This document shows, one piece after another, positions 5,380-5,751 of a stretch of DNA of 5,751 nucleotides. The position numbers were made by a program, and so were the translations under genes. Below the pieces are notes generated by a model. The model had not been told where the DNA came from. It searched no databases and saw nothing but the letters and a program-made list of their open reading frames with translations. This DNA is from a virus. Taxonomy: Duplodnaviria > Heunggongvirae > Uroviricota > Caudoviricetes. The stretch is taken from positions 1-5,751 of the IMG/VR virus record IMGVR_UViG_2695420564_000009; one strand, 5' to 3'. Every line of letters starts with the position of its first letter. The stretch's first letter is position 1.

Positions 5380-5751
5380 GTGGCAAAAGTTTTTACACAA
5401 GAAGAGCGGGAAAAAATTAAAGGGCAGGTTGTTGAACTCGTACGCCAGAGTGGGCGCGAGACGTTACGACAACTGGAAACTAAAACTGGGGCAACAAGAT
5501 ATCTGATGAGCGTTCTCGCAAGAGAGCTGGTTGCCAGCGGCGATGTATACAACTCCGGCTACGGGTTATTCCCCTCTGAACAGGCGCGTAAGGACTGGCA
5601 AAACGCCCGCAAAAAACTCTCGAGGGCAAAGGTGAAGAAACCTGCTGTGGTTGATCCGGACCTTATCTGGTCATCACCTGACGGAGAAATACGTCGCTAC
5701 GACAGTCGCCTAAACATAATCTGTCGCGAGTGCCGGAAGAGTGAAGCCTGA
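5380..5751 (+). CDS. Hypothetical protein (123 aa), possible small DNA-binding or replication-associated protein
   Basis: GTG start at 5380 preceded by AGGAGG (5370..5375) at 4 nt spacing; stop TGA at 5749..5751. Follows the replication initiator in the same operon. No family recognised; a helix-turn-helix-like segment (RETLRQLETKTGATRYLMSVLAREL) is only suggestive. Confidence 0.6.
   Translation: MAKVFTQEEREKIKGQVVELVRQSGRETLRQLETKTGATRYLMSVLARELVASGDVYNSGYGLFPSEQARKDWQNARKKLSRAKVKKPAVVDPDLIWSSPDGEIRRYDSRLNIICRECRKSEA

Larger units (their letters stand above)
1..5751. mobile_element. Segment of a lambdoid prophage: dicB-type early-left operon, repressor/operator immunity region, and early-right Cro/CII-like plus replication module
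   Basis: Gene order and orientation seen in sequence: leftward operon of small ORFs with DicF/DicB, leftward repressor, divergent rightward cro-like/cII-like/replication genes. Family assignments are from recalled protein and RNA sequences; prophage ends are not in the window. Confidence 0.8.

Noticed and set aside
4932-5552. Minus-strand ORFs 4932..5294 and 5343..5552
   Set aside because: Antisense to the replication gene and to the 123-aa ORF respectively; no RBS; the plus-strand genes have clear RBS and operon context.
1-5751. CRISPR arrays, tRNA or rRNA genes, insertion sequences, integrase or att sites
   Set aside because: No regularly spaced repeat-spacer array, no tRNA-like cloverleaf candidate, no transposase-like or integrase-like ORF in any frame; the prophage boundaries are presumably outside the window.

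Overview
This window reads as a contiguous piece of a lambdoid (Qin/Rac-type) enterobacterial prophage, centred on its immunity region; I do not see a clearly novel system, and most of what is here matches well-described prophage biology. The left arm (minus strand, 2960 down to 1) is a dicB-type early-left operon: ydfA-, ydfB- and ydfC-like small ORFs, a highly structured untranslated spacer, the DicF sRNA with its terminator, dicB, a ydfD-like ORF, a 193-aa hypothetical ORF that crosses ambiguous bases, and a PAPS-reductase-like gene running off the window start. The centre holds a 139-aa CI-type repressor (minus strand) flanked by repeated operator-like motifs on both sides. The right arm (plus strand) is a Rac-like early-right operon: a Cro-like YdaS-family ORF, a YdaT/CII-like ORF, a replication initiator with an iteron array and GATC cluster inside its coding sequence, and a 123-aa hypothetical ORF. 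The best candidates for something under-described are the 193-aa ORF plus PAPS-reductase-like pair and the 123-aa ORF in the slot normally held by a helicase loader. All homology statements come from reading the translations and from recalled family knowledge, not from a database search.
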